From a virus (lineage: Duplodnaviria; Heunggongvirae; Uroviricota; Caudoviricetes), in IMG/VR virus record IMGVR_UViG_3300033233_000013, positions 1 through 50,856 of that record: a stretch of DNA of 50,856 nucleotides; one strand, 5' to 3'. The notes below the pieces were generated by a model, which was given only the letters and a program-made list of their open reading frames with translations, searched no databases and was not told the DNA's origin. Numbering within the stretch: position 1 is the first letter of the stretch; each line of letters begins with the position of its first letter. Of this stretch, positions 7,191 to 17,368 are shown piece after piece. The position numbers and the translations under genes were made by a program.

Positions 7191-7543
7191 GGGAGCACCG
7201 GACACTGCGATACGGGGCGGCTCTCGTGCTCGTATTGCTCGCGATCGGTTGCGCACAAGCTCCACCAGCGCCCGAGCCTTCTCCGACAGAGATCGCCGGG
7301 GCGGACAGCGAGCACTACGTGTTCCAGGTGCCGTCAACACCCGCCACGCCGCTCCCGCGCTGGACGCCGGCGGCGATCGGGACCCTGTACTGCTTCAAGC
7401 TGTTAGGGACATTCGGCTCCTGCCCGGAAGGTGCCCTCACCATGGTGTTCGGCCGGTTCGGTGAGGATCGGGAGCAATACGCGTGTTTCGAGGTGGTGCC
7501 ATGCGGTCCCTACGCGGACGGCGAGGAGGGAGATCGGCCATGA
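7187..7543 (+). CDS. Putative lipoprotein (118 aa)
   Basis: Basic N-terminus, hydrophobic core, lipobox LAIG-C22, Pro-rich linker. Confidence 0.7.
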   Translation: MREHRTLRYGAALVLVLLAIGCAQAPPAPEPSPTEIAGADSEHYVFQVPSTPATPLPRWTPAAIGTLYCFKLLGTFGSCPEGALTMVFGRFGEDREQYACFEVVPCGPYADGEEGDRP

Positions 7544-7917
7544 GCGACACCGCAGCGAGCTATGGCGCCGTCGGCACCGAGCCGGCGCTCTTTCGCGCGC
7601 AGCGGCTCGCCCGTGAGCTGCTTGCGGAGACCCGTGCGACGCCGATCGAGATCAACGCGTTCGTCGACGCGATCATCGCGGCCACTGTCGAGGTCGCCGT
7701 CGCCTGCAGTGAGCGACGACTCGTCGCAATCGAGGCCCGCCAGCCCGGCGAGGAGCGGCACACGCTCGCGCTCATGGCGGCAACGCTGGGGTCGGCGTTC
7801 TTTGCTGGAACTGCAGCGGAGAGCGTCGCTCAGGCCCGCGTGATCCTCGCCGCTGTCGAGGATGCGCTCGGCATCGTGCGGCTGACCGAGCCGGCGAACG
7901 ACGAGGCCCCGCGATGA
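7540..7917 (+). CDS. Hypothetical helical protein (125 aa)
   Basis: ATGA-coupled with GAGGAGG RBS. Confidence 0.65.
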   Translation: MSDTAASYGAVGTEPALFRAQRLARELLAETRATPIEINAFVDAIIAATVEVAVACSERRLVAIEARQPGEERHTLALMAATLGSAFFAGTAAESVAQARVILAAVEDALGIVRLTEPANDEAPR

Positions 7918-7969
7918 CGCTCACCCTCTGCTGCTTGGCGGCGGTCGCGTTCGTCCATTGGATGCTCAC

Positions 7970-8266
7970 GTGCTGACCATTTTCGAGTACCCGCTCGTCG
8001 GGGCGCAGCACTTCACGGAATGGACGGTGGAGCTTCCGGCGGGCGCGGAGCTGCTACATTTCGGCGTCGTCGCTGACGCGCCCCACCTCTGGGCGCGCGT
8101 GGACCTCGCGCTGCCCGTCGTCCGGCGGACGTTCTACGTCTTCACGACCGGCGACACGCTTCCTTCCGAGCGCATCCTCGAGCACCGCGCGACCGTGCAC
8201 ACGCCGCTCTTGCGGAACGCGTGGTGGGACGCGTGGCACATCTTCGAGGAGGTGGCCCGTGGCTGA
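7970..8266 (+). CDS. Conserved phage hypothetical protein
   Basis: Pattern TIFEYPL...ELPAGAELL...LWARVD...FYVFTTGD...WHIFEE resembles a widespread small phage family. Confidence 0.7.
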   Translation: MLTIFEYPLVGAQHFTEWTVELPAGAELLHFGVVADAPHLWARVDLALPVVRRTFYVFTTGDTLPSERILEHRATVHTPLLRNAWWDAWHIFEEVARG

Positions 8267-8438
8267 CATCCAGCTCGTCCAGAACGTCGCCCCCCACTCG
8301 ATCGAAATCAGCCGCAACGCCAAGGGCGAAGCGAGCTTTTGCATAAAAATCTACGCCGCGGACGAGAAGGACGCGGCCGAGCGCGCGCTGGCGGTCGCCC
8401 GCCAAGTACGCCGTGCGCTCCAGGAGGAACCGCTGTGA
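8259..8438 (+). CDS. 59-aa phage protein (MADIQLVQNVAPHSIEISRNAKGEASFCIKIY...)
   Basis: Not in the ORF track; GAGGAGG RBS, overlaps both neighbours. Confidence 0.65.
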   Translation: MADIQLVQNVAPHSIEISRNAKGEASFCIKIYAADEKDAAERALAVARQVRRALQEEPL

Positions 8439-9397
8439 GTGAACCTGCACGATCCCATGAGGTCGCCATCCCCGAGAACAGCACCCTGCCCGCGCCCGGC
8501 ACCACGGCTGCGCCAGCCGTGCTCGACAACGTCTTCGACATCAAGGGCGCACAGGCCCGCCTCGCGCAGCTGCGGGAGTTCTTCAAGGTCGTGATGGTCG
8601 AGGGCGAAGACTACGGCGTCATCCCGGGCACCGAGAAGAAGTCGCTCTGGAAGCCCGGCGCCGAGAAGCTCTGCGAGTTCTACCGCATCATCCAGCGCCC
8701 GCACGTCACGCATCGCGTGGAGGACTGGACGAAGCCGTTTTTCCACTACGAGTTCTCGATGGATCTCCTCTCGCGCGACACCGGGCAGATCGTCGGCACC
8801 GGCGTCGGGAGCTGCAACTCGATGGAGGCCCGCTATCGCTGGCGGAACGGCCAGCGGCGGTGCCCCGAGTGTGGTCAGGGGTCGATCTTCAAGAGCAAGC
8901 GCGAGGGCGAGGGCTTCTACTGCTGGGCGAAGAAGGGCGGGTGCGGCGCGCAGTTCGACGCCGACGACGAGGGCATCACGAGCCAGGAGTTCGGTCGCGT
9001 CGAGAACGACGACGTGCATTCGCTCGTGAACACGATCTTGAAGATGGGCAAGAAGCGGTCGCTCGTCGACGCGGTCGTGAGCGTCACCCGGAGTGCCGGG
9101 CTCCTCATCGAGGAGGGCGATGACGACGACGATGACGACGAGGGGCGCGGGCGTGGCGGGAACCCGCGCGGCGGTGGCGCGCGGGGCGGCGCCGCCGACA
9201 CGGTGAGCGAGGCCGAGCGCAAGCGCGTCGCCGACGCGTTCGCCAAGGCCGGGCACAAGTGGCCCGAGGTCGTCGCGTGGGCGACCCGCGTCCACAAGAT
9301 TGACCTCTCGACCCAAGGCATCCCGAAGGCGCTCTACGAGGCGATCCTGAAACGCGTCTCCGATCCGACGCCGCTCGCGCAGCAGGATCTCGTGTAG
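8435..9397 (+). CDS. Putative single-strand annealing / recombination protein with Zn-ribbon insert
   Basis: DYGVIPGT-KSLWKPGAEKL...GVGSCNSMEARY...NTILKMGKKRSLVDA phage family; CPEC...C...C insert; acidic tail; adjacent to sbcCD. Confidence 0.55.
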   Translation: MSEPARSHEVAIPENSTLPAPGTTAAPAVLDNVFDIKGAQARLAQLREFFKVVMVEGEDYGVIPGTEKKSLWKPGAEKLCEFYRIIQRPHVTHRVEDWTKPFFHYEFSMDLLSRDTGQIVGTGVGSCNSMEARYRWRNGQRRCPECGQGSIFKSKREGEGFYCWAKKGGCGAQFDADDEGITSQEFGRVENDDVHSLVNTILKMGKKRSLVDAVVSVTRSAGLLIEEGDDDDDDDEGRGRGGNPRGGGARGGAADTVSEAERKRVADAFAKAGHKWPEVVAWATRVHKIDLSTQGIPKALYEAILKRVSDPTPLAQQDLV

Positions 9398-9401
9398 CGC
9401 C

Positions 9402-10601
9402 GTGCTCCGCGTCTGCCATTCCGGCGACTGGCACGTCCCCGAGACGGGCCGGTTCGTCGACACGCTCCGGTGCCTCGACGCGATGATCGATGACGGCATC
9501 GCGCAGGGCACCGGGCTCTGGCTCGTCGGCGGCGACCTCGGCGGGACGACGGTGCCCTACCGCCATCCGCCGAAGGTCCGCAATGCGATCGCCGATCGGC
9601 TGCAGCGACAAGCGGCGGTGGCGCCGGTTCTCGTGATCGGCGGGAACCACGACGTCGACGAGGACATCGCGATCTACGGTCGTCTGAAGGCGGCGCACCC
9701 GATCGTGGTCGTGACCGACGTGCGGATGGTGGAGATCGCCGGCGCGGCAATCTTGTGCTTCCCGTACCCCTGGAAGAATCGGTGGGTCGCCCCGCACGCG
9801 CATCTCCCGATCGAGGAGCAGGACCGCGCGATCGAGGCTGATCTGCGGAAGCTCCTCGACGGCTGGGCCACCGAGGTCGCGATCGCGCGCGCCGCTGGCA
9901 TCCCGACGGTCTTCCTTGGCCACGTGACGATCGGCGGCTGCGCGATCGCCGGCGGTGAGGTGATGCCGCCGGGCCGAGAGATCAGTCTTGCGACCGCCGA
10001 CTTGGAAGCGCTCGGCTGTGACTTCTCCGCGCTCTCGCACATCCACCTCTGCCAGGAAATGAAGGCCGGCTCCGGCATCTGGTACGCCGGGAGCCCTGAT
10101 CGGTCCAACTTTGGGGAGCACGACGAGAAAGGCTTTCTGATCGCGGACGTCGAATCCGGCCGTCCGCCGCTGGTGCACCGCCGGCTCACGCCCGCACGTC
10201 CCTTCGTCACGATCCGCGCCGCGTGGAAGCAGGACGCCGACGGCGCGTGGGCGTGGGAGTCGGCCAATCCCGCCGTGCATGTGGACGTCAGCACGGCCGA
10301 GGTGCGCCTGCAGATAGAGGTTCCCGAGGAGGCGGCGGGCACCTGCCCCGTCGGCGAGCTCGTCGAGACGCTCAAGGAAGCCGGCGCGCACGAGGTGAAG
10401 ATCGATCGCCGCGTGATCCCGAAGACGCGGATCCGCTCCGAGGCGATCGTCACCGCGAAGACCACGGCCGAGAAGTGCGCGGCCTACTGGTCGACGCTCG
10501 GCCCGGCGGCGCCGACGGACGAGCAGCGCGAACGGGCACTCGTGAAGCTCGCGGAGCTGGAGACGCCGACGCCGGTGCGCGCCGAAGAGGCCGCCGCATG
10601 A
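9402..10601 (+). CDS. sbcD: SbcD/Mre11-family metallophosphoesterase nuclease
   Basis: Motifs HSGDWH, GGD, GGNHD, GHV, SHIH; followed by an SMC ATPase. Confidence 0.92.
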   Translation: MLRVCHSGDWHVPETGRFVDTLRCLDAMIDDGIAQGTGLWLVGGDLGGTTVPYRHPPKVRNAIADRLQRQAAVAPVLVIGGNHDVDEDIAIYGRLKAAHPIVVVTDVRMVEIAGAAILCFPYPWKNRWVAPHAHLPIEEQDRAIEADLRKLLDGWATEVAIARAAGIPTVFLGHVTIGGCAIAGGEVMPPGREISLATADLEALGCDFSALSHIHLCQEMKAGSGIWYAGSPDRSNFGEHDEKGFLIADVESGRPPLVHRRLTPARPFVTIRAAWKQDADGAWAWESANPAVHVDVSTAEVRLQIEVPEEAAGTCPVGELVETLKEAGAHEVKIDRRVIPKTRIRSEAIVTAKTTAEKCAAYWSTLGPAAPTDEQRERALVKLAELETPTPVRAEEAAA

Positions 10602-10646
10602 CGCCCCGCCTTGACGGTCGGACCGTATAACGCGCATACAAGGCCC

Positions 10647-13280
10647 ATGATCCTCCACGCACTGCGCTTCAAGGGCATCAGCGTCGCGTTCCCCGAACGC
10701 GAGGTCGCGCTCGACTTCGACACCATGCCCGGGCCGTTGGTCGCGATCGTCGGCGAGAATGGGGTCGGCAAGACGCACCTCCTGGAATTGGCAGGCCCAG
10801 GCACCGTCTATCGAGAATTTTCGAGCTATCGCGAGGCGTTCCTCGACCACGTGGCGCCGGGCGTCCGCGACGCGTTTGCCGAGCTCACGTTCACGATCCA
10901 CGACACGCGCTACCAGTTGACGGTCCAGGCCGACCCGGAATCCGCCGGCGGCCGAGGAAAGACGGAGGCCCGCCTCAATCAATGGGCCGAGGCGGGCTCT
11001 CCGTCGTCCTGGACACCAATCGCGGGCCCGCTCGTCGGTGCCGTCGACGAGGCGCTCGCGAGGCTCTTCCCTCCGAAGGAGCTCTTCCTCGCGAGCGTGT
11101 TCGCCTGTCAGGCGACGGCGTTCGGATCGAAGGGCGGCACGCGGAGTTTCTTCGCGCTCGAGAAGGCGGCGCGGAAGGATCTCTTCGCGGCGCTCCTCGG
11201 CTTGGAGCACCTGCAGCACTATGCCGAGGCCTCGGCCGAGCGCGCGAAGCGTGTGCTGGTCGACCTCGAGCGCGTCCGTCAGGACTGCGGGCCGGTCGAG
11301 CGCCGCGCGGCGCGACTCGCCGAGCTCGTGATCCTGATCGGCACCGCGTCCGAGACGCGCGCCGACGCCGAGGAGGCGGAAGCTGCCGCCCGCGCCACGC
11401 ACGACACGGCTACCACCGCGCTCGCGACCGCGCGCGCCGCGCAGACGAGCGTCGGGGCTGAGGTCGCGCGCCTGGAGGCCGAACGGACACGGCTCACGAA
11501 GGCCCGCGACGGCGCGCAGCAGCGGGTCGGCGCGCTCACCGTGACGCGCGACCGGGCCGCGGCGCTCCTCGCCGATCGCGACACGATCGAAGCAGCCGCC
11601 GCGCGCGTCCGCGTGATCGACGGCGAACTCGCGGCGCTCGACACGACCGAGCGCGAGGCCCGTGTCGCCCTGGAGCCGATCGTCGGCTCGGTCGCGATGC
11701 TGACCGCGCAGCGCCAGCAGTTGGTCGAGACGGCGGCACGGCTGCGGACAGCGCACGCGGAGGCCGTCGCGGCCCAGACGCGCGTCGATGCGGCGCGGGA
11801 TCTCGAGGCCGAGGCGACGGCGCAGCGCGCGAAGGCTGAGGAGCTTGCGGCGGCGCTCGCGGCCGCGAGCCGCGAGGTGCTCGTCGAGGCGGAGGCGGCC
11901 GAGGCAACCACGCTCACGCGGCGGCGAGTGCTCACGGCCTCGCGCGACGAACTGGCGCCGCGAACCGGGCTCCTCGCGACCGTGCCCGGCGTCCCGGAAT
12001 GCGCGCTCTGTCCCCTCACCGAAGACGCCCGCGCCGCCGCGGGCCGGCTGGCAATCGTGGATGCCGAGCTCGCGGCGCTCCCGGTGATCGACGGCACCCC
12101 GGCGAAGCGGGCGCTCGCTGAGTACCGGGCGCGCGAGGCCGCCCATGGAGCGATTCAGCGCTGGCTCACGGCGCAGGCTCCTGCCCTCGCGCGCGTCGAG
12201 TTGGATCGCCCCGTGGGGGCGCAGGCGGCGGAGGTCCAGGCCGAGCTCGACCGGGTGATCGCCGACGGGGCGACGATGCGGGCAGCGCTCGACGCCAAGA
12301 CCGCCGAGCAGCGGACGGCGCAAGAGCAGCTCGCACGGATCGGGCTAGAGCGCCGGGACCTCACGGCCGAGCGCACGCGCCTCGTGCCCGACGCCGCGCG
12401 TGCCGAGGGGATCGCGGCCGCGGTTGCCGAGCAGGCGCAGACCGAGACGGCGCTCGCCGAGGCGCAGGCGCAGGTGGTAGACGCCACGACCGCCCTTGCA
12501 GCGCTCCCGCCCGCGCCCGACGTCGCCGGTGCTGCCGCGGCGGTCCAGGCGGCCGACGCCGCGGCCGCCACGGCGGGGCAGACGCTCCGCGTACGCGAGG
12601 CGGCGTGCCAGGCGGCCACCGAGGCGTGGGCGCGGCTCGACGGCGAGCGCGGCGCGCTCGGCGATCCCGCAGCCGAGCTCGCGGCGCTCCGCGCGCGCGA
12701 GGCGGCGCTCGTCACGGCCGCCGCCGACTGGGCGCTCCTCGAGCGGACGCTCGGGCGCGACGGCGTCCAGGCCATTTCCATTGACGCAGCGGGCCCCGCC
12801 GTGACGGCACGCGCCAACGATCTCCTCTATGCCTGCTACGGGCCGCGCTTTCAGATCGCGCTCGAGACGACGGCACCGAAGGCGGATGGCCGCGGGCAGA
12901 AGGAAGTGTTCGAGGTCCGCATCCTCGACAGCGAGGCCGGGCGCGGCGAGGCGACCAAGGGCTCGGGCGGCGAGATGGTGCTCCTCGACGAGGCGCTCCG
13001 CCTCGCCCTCGCGCTGTTCAACGCCGAGCAGTCGGGGTTCGAGCTCAGAACATTGTATCGCGACGAGCCCACCGGGGCGCTCTCGCCGGCGAACGCGGAG
13101 CGCTACCTCGCGATGCTCCGACGCGCGATGGACGTCGGGTCATTCGACAGGTGTCTTTTCATCGCGCACCAGCGCGAGGTCTTCGAGCAGGCCGATCACC
13201 GGCTCTTCCTCCACGGTGGCCAGGTCTACGAGGACGTGCGCGCGTTCAACGCCGCCCTGGAGGCGGCCGACGCCGCGTGA
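10647..13280 (+). CDS. sbcC: SbcC/Rad50-family SMC ATPase (877 aa)
   Basis: Walker A GENGVGKT, long Ala-rich coiled coil with central CALC zinc hook, signature GSGGE, Walker B YRDEPTGAL, H-loop FIAH. Confidence 0.93.
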   Translation: MILHALRFKGISVAFPEREVALDFDTMPGPLVAIVGENGVGKTHLLELAGPGTVYREFSSYREAFLDHVAPGVRDAFAELTFTIHDTRYQLTVQADPESAGGRGKTEARLNQWAEAGSPSSWTPIAGPLVGAVDEALARLFPPKELFLASVFACQATAFGSKGGTRSFFALEKAARKDLFAALLGLEHLQHYAEASAERAKRVLVDLERVRQDCGPVERRAARLAELVILIGTASETRADAEEAEAAARATHDTATTALATARAAQTSVGAEVARLEAERTRLTKARDGAQQRVGALTVTRDRAAALLADRDTIEAAAARVRVIDGELAALDTTEREARVALEPIVGSVAMLTAQRQQLVETAARLRTAHAEAVAAQTRVDAARDLEAEATAQRAKAEELAAALAAASREVLVEAEAAEATTLTRRRVLTASRDELAPRTGLLATVPGVPECALCPLTEDARAAAGRLAIVDAELAALPVIDGTPAKRALAEYRAREAAHGAIQRWLTAQAPALARVELDRPVGAQAAEVQAELDRVIADGATMRAALDAKTAEQRTAQEQLARIGLERRDLTAERTRLVPDAARAEGIAAAVAEQAQTETALAEAQAQVVDATTALAALPPAPDVAGAAAAVQAADAAAATAGQTLRVREAACQAATEAWARLDGERGALGDPAAELAALRAREAALVTAAADWALLERTLGRDGVQAISIDAAGPAVTARANDLLYACYGPRFQIALETTAPKADGRGQKEVFEVRILDSEAGRGEATKGSGGEMVLLDEALRLALALFNAEQSGFELRTLYRDEPTGALSPANAERYLAMLRRAMDVGSFDRCLFIAHQREVFEQADHRLFLHGGQVYEDVRAFNAALEAADAA

Positions 13281-13954
13281 CGGACAGGGCAGCCACAGCA
13301 AGTCAGCTACCCATGCGGCGTAACGCTCAAATGGTCACCGCCGGTGAGCGGTTCGGTGAATGGACCGTCCTGAACGACATAGATGCCCACGGTCAATATC
13401 GCCGCGCACTCTGCGCGTGTAGCTGCGGCGTGACGGAGCGCGTGCTCATTAACTCGTTGACCGCAGGCACCTCGACACGATGCCAAACCTGTCGCATCCG
13501 GCGTCAAGGCATCCGTGGACTGAAAAGGCGACCGGAGTATGTCGCGTGGGCGACGATGTGTAGTCGCTGCACGAACCCCAAGGCGCGCAGCTATTCGGAG
13601 TACGGCGGTCGCGGAATTACCGTGGTCCAGGAATGGCGTGGCCCGGGCGGGTTCGAGCGCTTCATTGCGCATATCGGCCCGCGCCCGTCTCGACAACATT
13701 CGATTGATCGGCGCGACAATGAGCGCGGGTACGAGCCTGGCAATGTTCGATGGGCCACGGCGTTTGAGCAAAACCGCAACCGTCGCGACAACCGGATGAT
13801 CACCGTCGGTGACCGGACGCTGTGCGTAGCCGATTGGGCACGAGAGACCGGCAAGTCGGTGCAGGTGATCCACGGCCGCATTAAGCACGGTTGGCCCGCG
13901 GACTTGGCAGTGATGACTCCGATCCGGGGGGCGCGCCCTAAGGCGCCGGCCTGA
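13277..13954 (+). CDS. HNH homing-endonuclease-like protein
   Basis: YGGRGITV..W...FERF...GPRPS..HSIDRRDNERGYEPGNVRWAT..EQNRN; N-terminal Cys cluster; visibly lower GC. Confidence 0.88.
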   Translation: MTDRAATASQLPMRRNAQMVTAGERFGEWTVLNDIDAHGQYRRALCACSCGVTERVLINSLTAGTSTRCQTCRIRRQGIRGLKRRPEYVAWATMCSRCTNPKARSYSEYGGRGITVVQEWRGPGGFERFIAHIGPRPSRQHSIDRRDNERGYEPGNVRWATAFEQNRNRRDNRMITVGDRTLCVADWARETGKSVQVIHGRIKHGWPADLAVMTPIRGARPKAPA

Positions 13955-13978
13955 ACGGTCGCGGGCGGCGGGGCGGGC

Positions 13979-14521
13979 ATGGCGAACGTGGCAGACAAAC
14001 GACGGCTCGTGCAAGCGCGGGATGCGCTGAAGGTCGGCGACACTGTCACGGGCCTCCGTCTCGTCTGCGCCGTGCTCCGCTGCGACGTGCCGGAGATCAT
14101 CGCGCCGCTGCCGCGCGGCTTCTCGACGCTCACCCGCGACATCGCGCGACACGCCATGAAGACCGGATCGCAACCCGGCATCGCCCAGCCGAAGCCGCAG
14201 GGTCGGATCATCGACCTGAAAGCCCGCCGCGCCTATCGCGCGCGCGTCAAGATCTGCGAGGTGATCGGCTGCCGTCGTCCCGGCGTCGCGCACCACATCA
14301 AAGAACGGGGACGGCACGGCGACGACGTGGAATCGAATCTCTTGCTCCTCTGTGATTTTCGGGCGACGAGCCATCACATCGGCCGCAAGGGAAAACCCGG
14401 CGCGTGGCACGCGTACGCGACCGATGCCGAGCGCTGGATGGCATTCAGGGACTACCTGCCCCCGGCGGCGCGCGCGAAGGTCGCGGCGGCCTTCGGAATC
14501 GTCGACGAGGCGGCCGCGTGA
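13979..14521 (+). CDS. HNH (McrA/NinG-like) Zn-nuclease-domain protein
   Basis: CEVIGC...AHHIKERGRHGDDVESNLLLLCD...HH. Confidence 0.75.
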   Translation: MANVADKRRLVQARDALKVGDTVTGLRLVCAVLRCDVPEIIAPLPRGFSTLTRDIARHAMKTGSQPGIAQPKPQGRIIDLKARRAYRARVKICEVIGCRRPGVAHHIKERGRHGDDVESNLLLLCDFRATSHHIGRKGKPGAWHAYATDAERWMAFRDYLPPAARAKVAAAFGIVDEAAA

Positions 14522-14724
14522 CGCGCGCGGGGCGGCAGCGGCGTGGCGGTGTTCCGTGGGTGATCGTCGGCGGTGCGCCCGGTGAGGTCGCGCACTGCGC
14601 CCGCTGCGGCGAGGCTCTGAGGCTGCAGCTTCCCGTGCGTCTTGAGGTCTTCCTCGGCGCGAGCCGCGGTTTCGTGGATGCGCACCGCTCCTGCCAACCA
14701 GCGCGCGAGGGGTCGCGTGCGTGA
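14518..14724 (+). CDS. Small Zn-finger-like protein (68 aa)
   Basis: GTGA overlaps at both ends; HCARC...H..C. Confidence 0.6.
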   Translation: MTRAGRQRRGGVPWVIVGGAPGEVAHCARCGEALRLQLPVRLEVFLGASRGFVDAHRSCQPAREGSRA

Positions 14725-15233
14725 GTCGCCTCTTCGATAAGCATTGGCTCATGGAGGGCGTCGCACGAGCGATGCGTGCTCGCGCATGCGGCTATCGAAA
14801 CGATGGCAGGATGACGCCAGTGACGGCAGCGCTCCTCGACGCATGCACGGCGGACCACCTTTCGACCGGCACCCGCCTGATCTTCACGTGGGACATCGGA
14901 CACCATGCGTCGGGATGGTGGAAGAATCCCGAGTACGAGCGCTGCTGGCATCTCTCGCTCAGTTTTCGGGATCCGTTGACAGGTGAACTCGCGCCGAAGG
15001 ACCCGAAAGGAACGGACCGCTGGCTCGAGGCGTTCTACGGAGATGATCGCCGCTTTGTCTGGGCGGAGCCGCCATACTCTGCCGAAGGCAAGACGCACGG
15101 CGTCTGGCACTATCGTGTGTTCTGCGATGCGGGCTGGCGACCGATCGTCCCGCGCGGCGAGGTCTACAACACTGAGCTGACCGAGGCGGGCTGGCTTTCG
15201 TTCTCGGAGCTCCAGTCGGTTCACGAATGCTGA
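14721..15233 (+). CDS. Hypothetical protein (170 aa)
   Basis: Coupled ORF with aromatic-rich globular composition. Confidence 0.75.
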   Translation: MSRLFDKHWLMEGVARAMRARACGYRNDGRMTPVTAALLDACTADHLSTGTRLIFTWDIGHHASGWWKNPEYERCWHLSLSFRDPLTGELAPKDPKGTDRWLEAFYGDDRRFVWAEPPYSAEGKTHGVWHYRVFCDAGWRPIVPRGEVYNTELTEAGWLSFSELQSVHEC

Positions 15234-15418
15234 GCGACATCCAAGGCCACCAGGCACCGACCACGCCGTGCCGCGGCTGCAACCGGCCGGTCGTCTGGAT
15301 CACGACGCCCGAGGGAAAGAGGATCCCCGTCGACGCGACGGCCGCCTGCTACGAGATCCGGGTCGTTGATCGCGGGACGGGCAGGCGACCGGTGACCGTA
15401 CGACGAGCGTCGGTGTGA
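15227..15418 (+). CDS. Small Zn-ribbon phage protein
   Basis: CRGC..PVVWITTPEGKRIPVDA motif. Confidence 0.65.
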   Translation: MLSDIQGHQAPTTPCRGCNRPVVWITTPEGKRIPVDATAACYEIRVVDRGTGRRPVTVRRASV

Positions 15419-15494
15419 ATCATTTCGCACTTTGTACCCAACGCGATCGCGCGATTGGCGCCGCGGCCAACCGACGGCTCGTGACGAGGCGGCT

Positions 15495-17036
15495 ATGAGC
15501 CGCCCGCCTGTCGTCCGCGCCTCGTTCGATGCAACCGACCTGGTAATTGATAATTTTGCGGGGGGCGGAGGGGCGTCGACCGGCATCGAGGCCGCGATCG
15601 GGCGCCCCGTCGATATCGCAATCAACCACTCGCCGCAGGCGATCGCGATGCACCGGGTGAACCATCCCGAGACGCGACACTTCTGCGAGAACATCTGGGA
15701 GGTCGACCCGCGGGAGGCCTGCGGCTCGCGGTCGGTCGGGCTCGCCTGGTTTAGTCCGGATTGTACCCATTTCTCGCGCGCCAAGGGGACGAAGCCGCGG
15801 AGCAAGGACATCCGCGGGCTCGCGTGGGTCGTGATTCGGTGGGCGAAGACGGTCGCGCCGCGCCTCATCGTCCTCGAGAACGTCGAGGAGTTCCAGACCT
15901 GGGGTCCGCTCCGCAAGGACGGGCAGCCCGATCGCCGGCGCGCCGGCGAGACGTTCCGCGCGTGGCTCGCTGAGCTCGACGCGCTCGGCTACACGATCGA
16001 GTACCGCTCGCTCGTCGCCGCGGACTACGGGACGCCGACGACGCGCCGGCGCCTCTTTCTGATCGCGCGCCGGGACGAGGCGACGATCGCGTGGCCCGAG
16101 CCGACGCACGGGAAGCATCGCCCGCACCACTGGCGACCGGCCGCGGACATCATCGACTGGGCACTCCCCTGCCCCTCGATCTTCGACCGCACGCGGCCGC
16201 TCGCCGAGGCCACACAACGGCGGATCGCGGCGGGGATCCGGCGCTACGTCCTCGAGACCGCCCACCCCTTTCTCATTCGCACGGACATGCAATCCGACGG
16301 TCATTTGCGCGGCCTCGGCAGCCTCGACGACCCGCTGCGAACGATCACGTCGAGTGGTGGGCATGCCCTCGTCGCCCCGACCATGATCCAGACCGGCTAC
16401 GGTGAGCGCCGCGGCCAACGCCCGCGGTCGCTGGACCTGCACGAGCCGCTCGGTACGGTCGTCGCCGGCGGCGCGAAGCACGCCCTCGTCGCAGCCTTCA
16501 TCGCCAAGCACTATGGCGGGCCGAACGGCCACTTTGTCGTCGGGCACCCGATGTCCGCCACGCTCGGGACCGTCACGGCGAAGGATCATCACGCGCTCGG
16601 CGCGGCCCTGATCGTCAAACAGAACTTCGGATCGAAGCCGTGCACGGGCATGGACGAACCGCTGCACACGGTGACGACGCAGCACAACCGCTTCGCGCAG
16701 GTGACGGCGTTCCTCACCAAGTTCTACGGCACGTCGATTGGCGCCGACCTGCAGCTGCCGCTGCCGACGGTCACGGCGATCGGCCGACACCTCGGCCGCG
16801 TGATGGTCCACGGCGAGCCGTACGCGATCGCGGACATCGGCATGCGGATGCTGCAGCCGCACGAGCTCTTCGCGGCGCAGGGGTTCCCCCGGGACTACGA
16901 GATCGCGCCCGAGTTCAACGGCAAGCCGCTCACCAAGACGGCGCAGATCGCGCTCGCCGGAAATAGCGTCTGCCCGCAGGTGGCCGAGGCGATCGTAGCC
17001 GCGAATCTCCGCGAGCGCGACGAGGCTGCGGCGTGA
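15495..17036 (+). CDS. C5-cytosine DNA methyltransferase (orphan, 513 aa)
   Basis: Motif I DNFAGGGG, catalytic SPDCTHFS, motif VI ENV, RRRLF, C-terminal LAGNSVCP. Confidence 0.95.
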   Translation: MSRPPVVRASFDATDLVIDNFAGGGGASTGIEAAIGRPVDIAINHSPQAIAMHRVNHPETRHFCENIWEVDPREACGSRSVGLAWFSPDCTHFSRAKGTKPRSKDIRGLAWVVIRWAKTVAPRLIVLENVEEFQTWGPLRKDGQPDRRRAGETFRAWLAELDALGYTIEYRSLVAADYGTPTTRRRLFLIARRDEATIAWPEPTHGKHRPHHWRPAADIIDWALPCPSIFDRTRPLAEATQRRIAAGIRRYVLETAHPFLIRTDMQSDGHLRGLGSLDDPLRTITSSGGHALVAPTMIQTGYGERRGQRPRSLDLHEPLGTVVAGGAKHALVAAFIAKHYGGPNGHFVVGHPMSATLGTVTAKDHHALGAALIVKQNFGSKPCTGMDEPLHTVTTQHNRFAQVTAFLTKFYGTSIGADLQLPLPTVTAIGRHLGRVMVHGEPYAIADIGMRMLQPHELFAAQGFPRDYEIAPEFNGKPLTKTAQIALAGNSVCPQVAEAIVAANLRERDEAAA

Positions 17037-17368
17037 CGATCTCCGACGCGCAAGCGGCCGAAGGCATCGCGACGATGCGCGCGCTCATGGCGACGTTTCT
17101 CGATGCCGTGATGCACCGACCGGACTTCTACGGCGAGGCGATGGCGATGGTCGGTGGCGACTCGCCGCTCCGCACGCCGCAGGGGCGGATCGACTGCGTC
17201 GCGACGGCGATCGACGCGCAGATGCGCCACACGATGCCGCGCGTGTCCGTGCCGCCGGAGCGCCTCACGATCCTGGCCGCGACCTACGTCGCCGAGGTGC
17301 TGCTCTGCGAGCCCGAGCGCTACCCGCAGCTCCTCGCGTGGGTGCGGACGGGGGAGGTGCCGCAATGA
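17033..17368 (+). CDS. Hypothetical protein (111 aa)
   Basis: GTGA/ATGA-coupled ORF. Confidence 0.65.
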   Translation: MTISDAQAAEGIATMRALMATFLDAVMHRPDFYGEAMAMVGGDSPLRTPQGRIDCVATAIDAQMRHTMPRVSVPPERLTILAATYVAEVLLCEPERYPQLLAWVRTGEVPQ

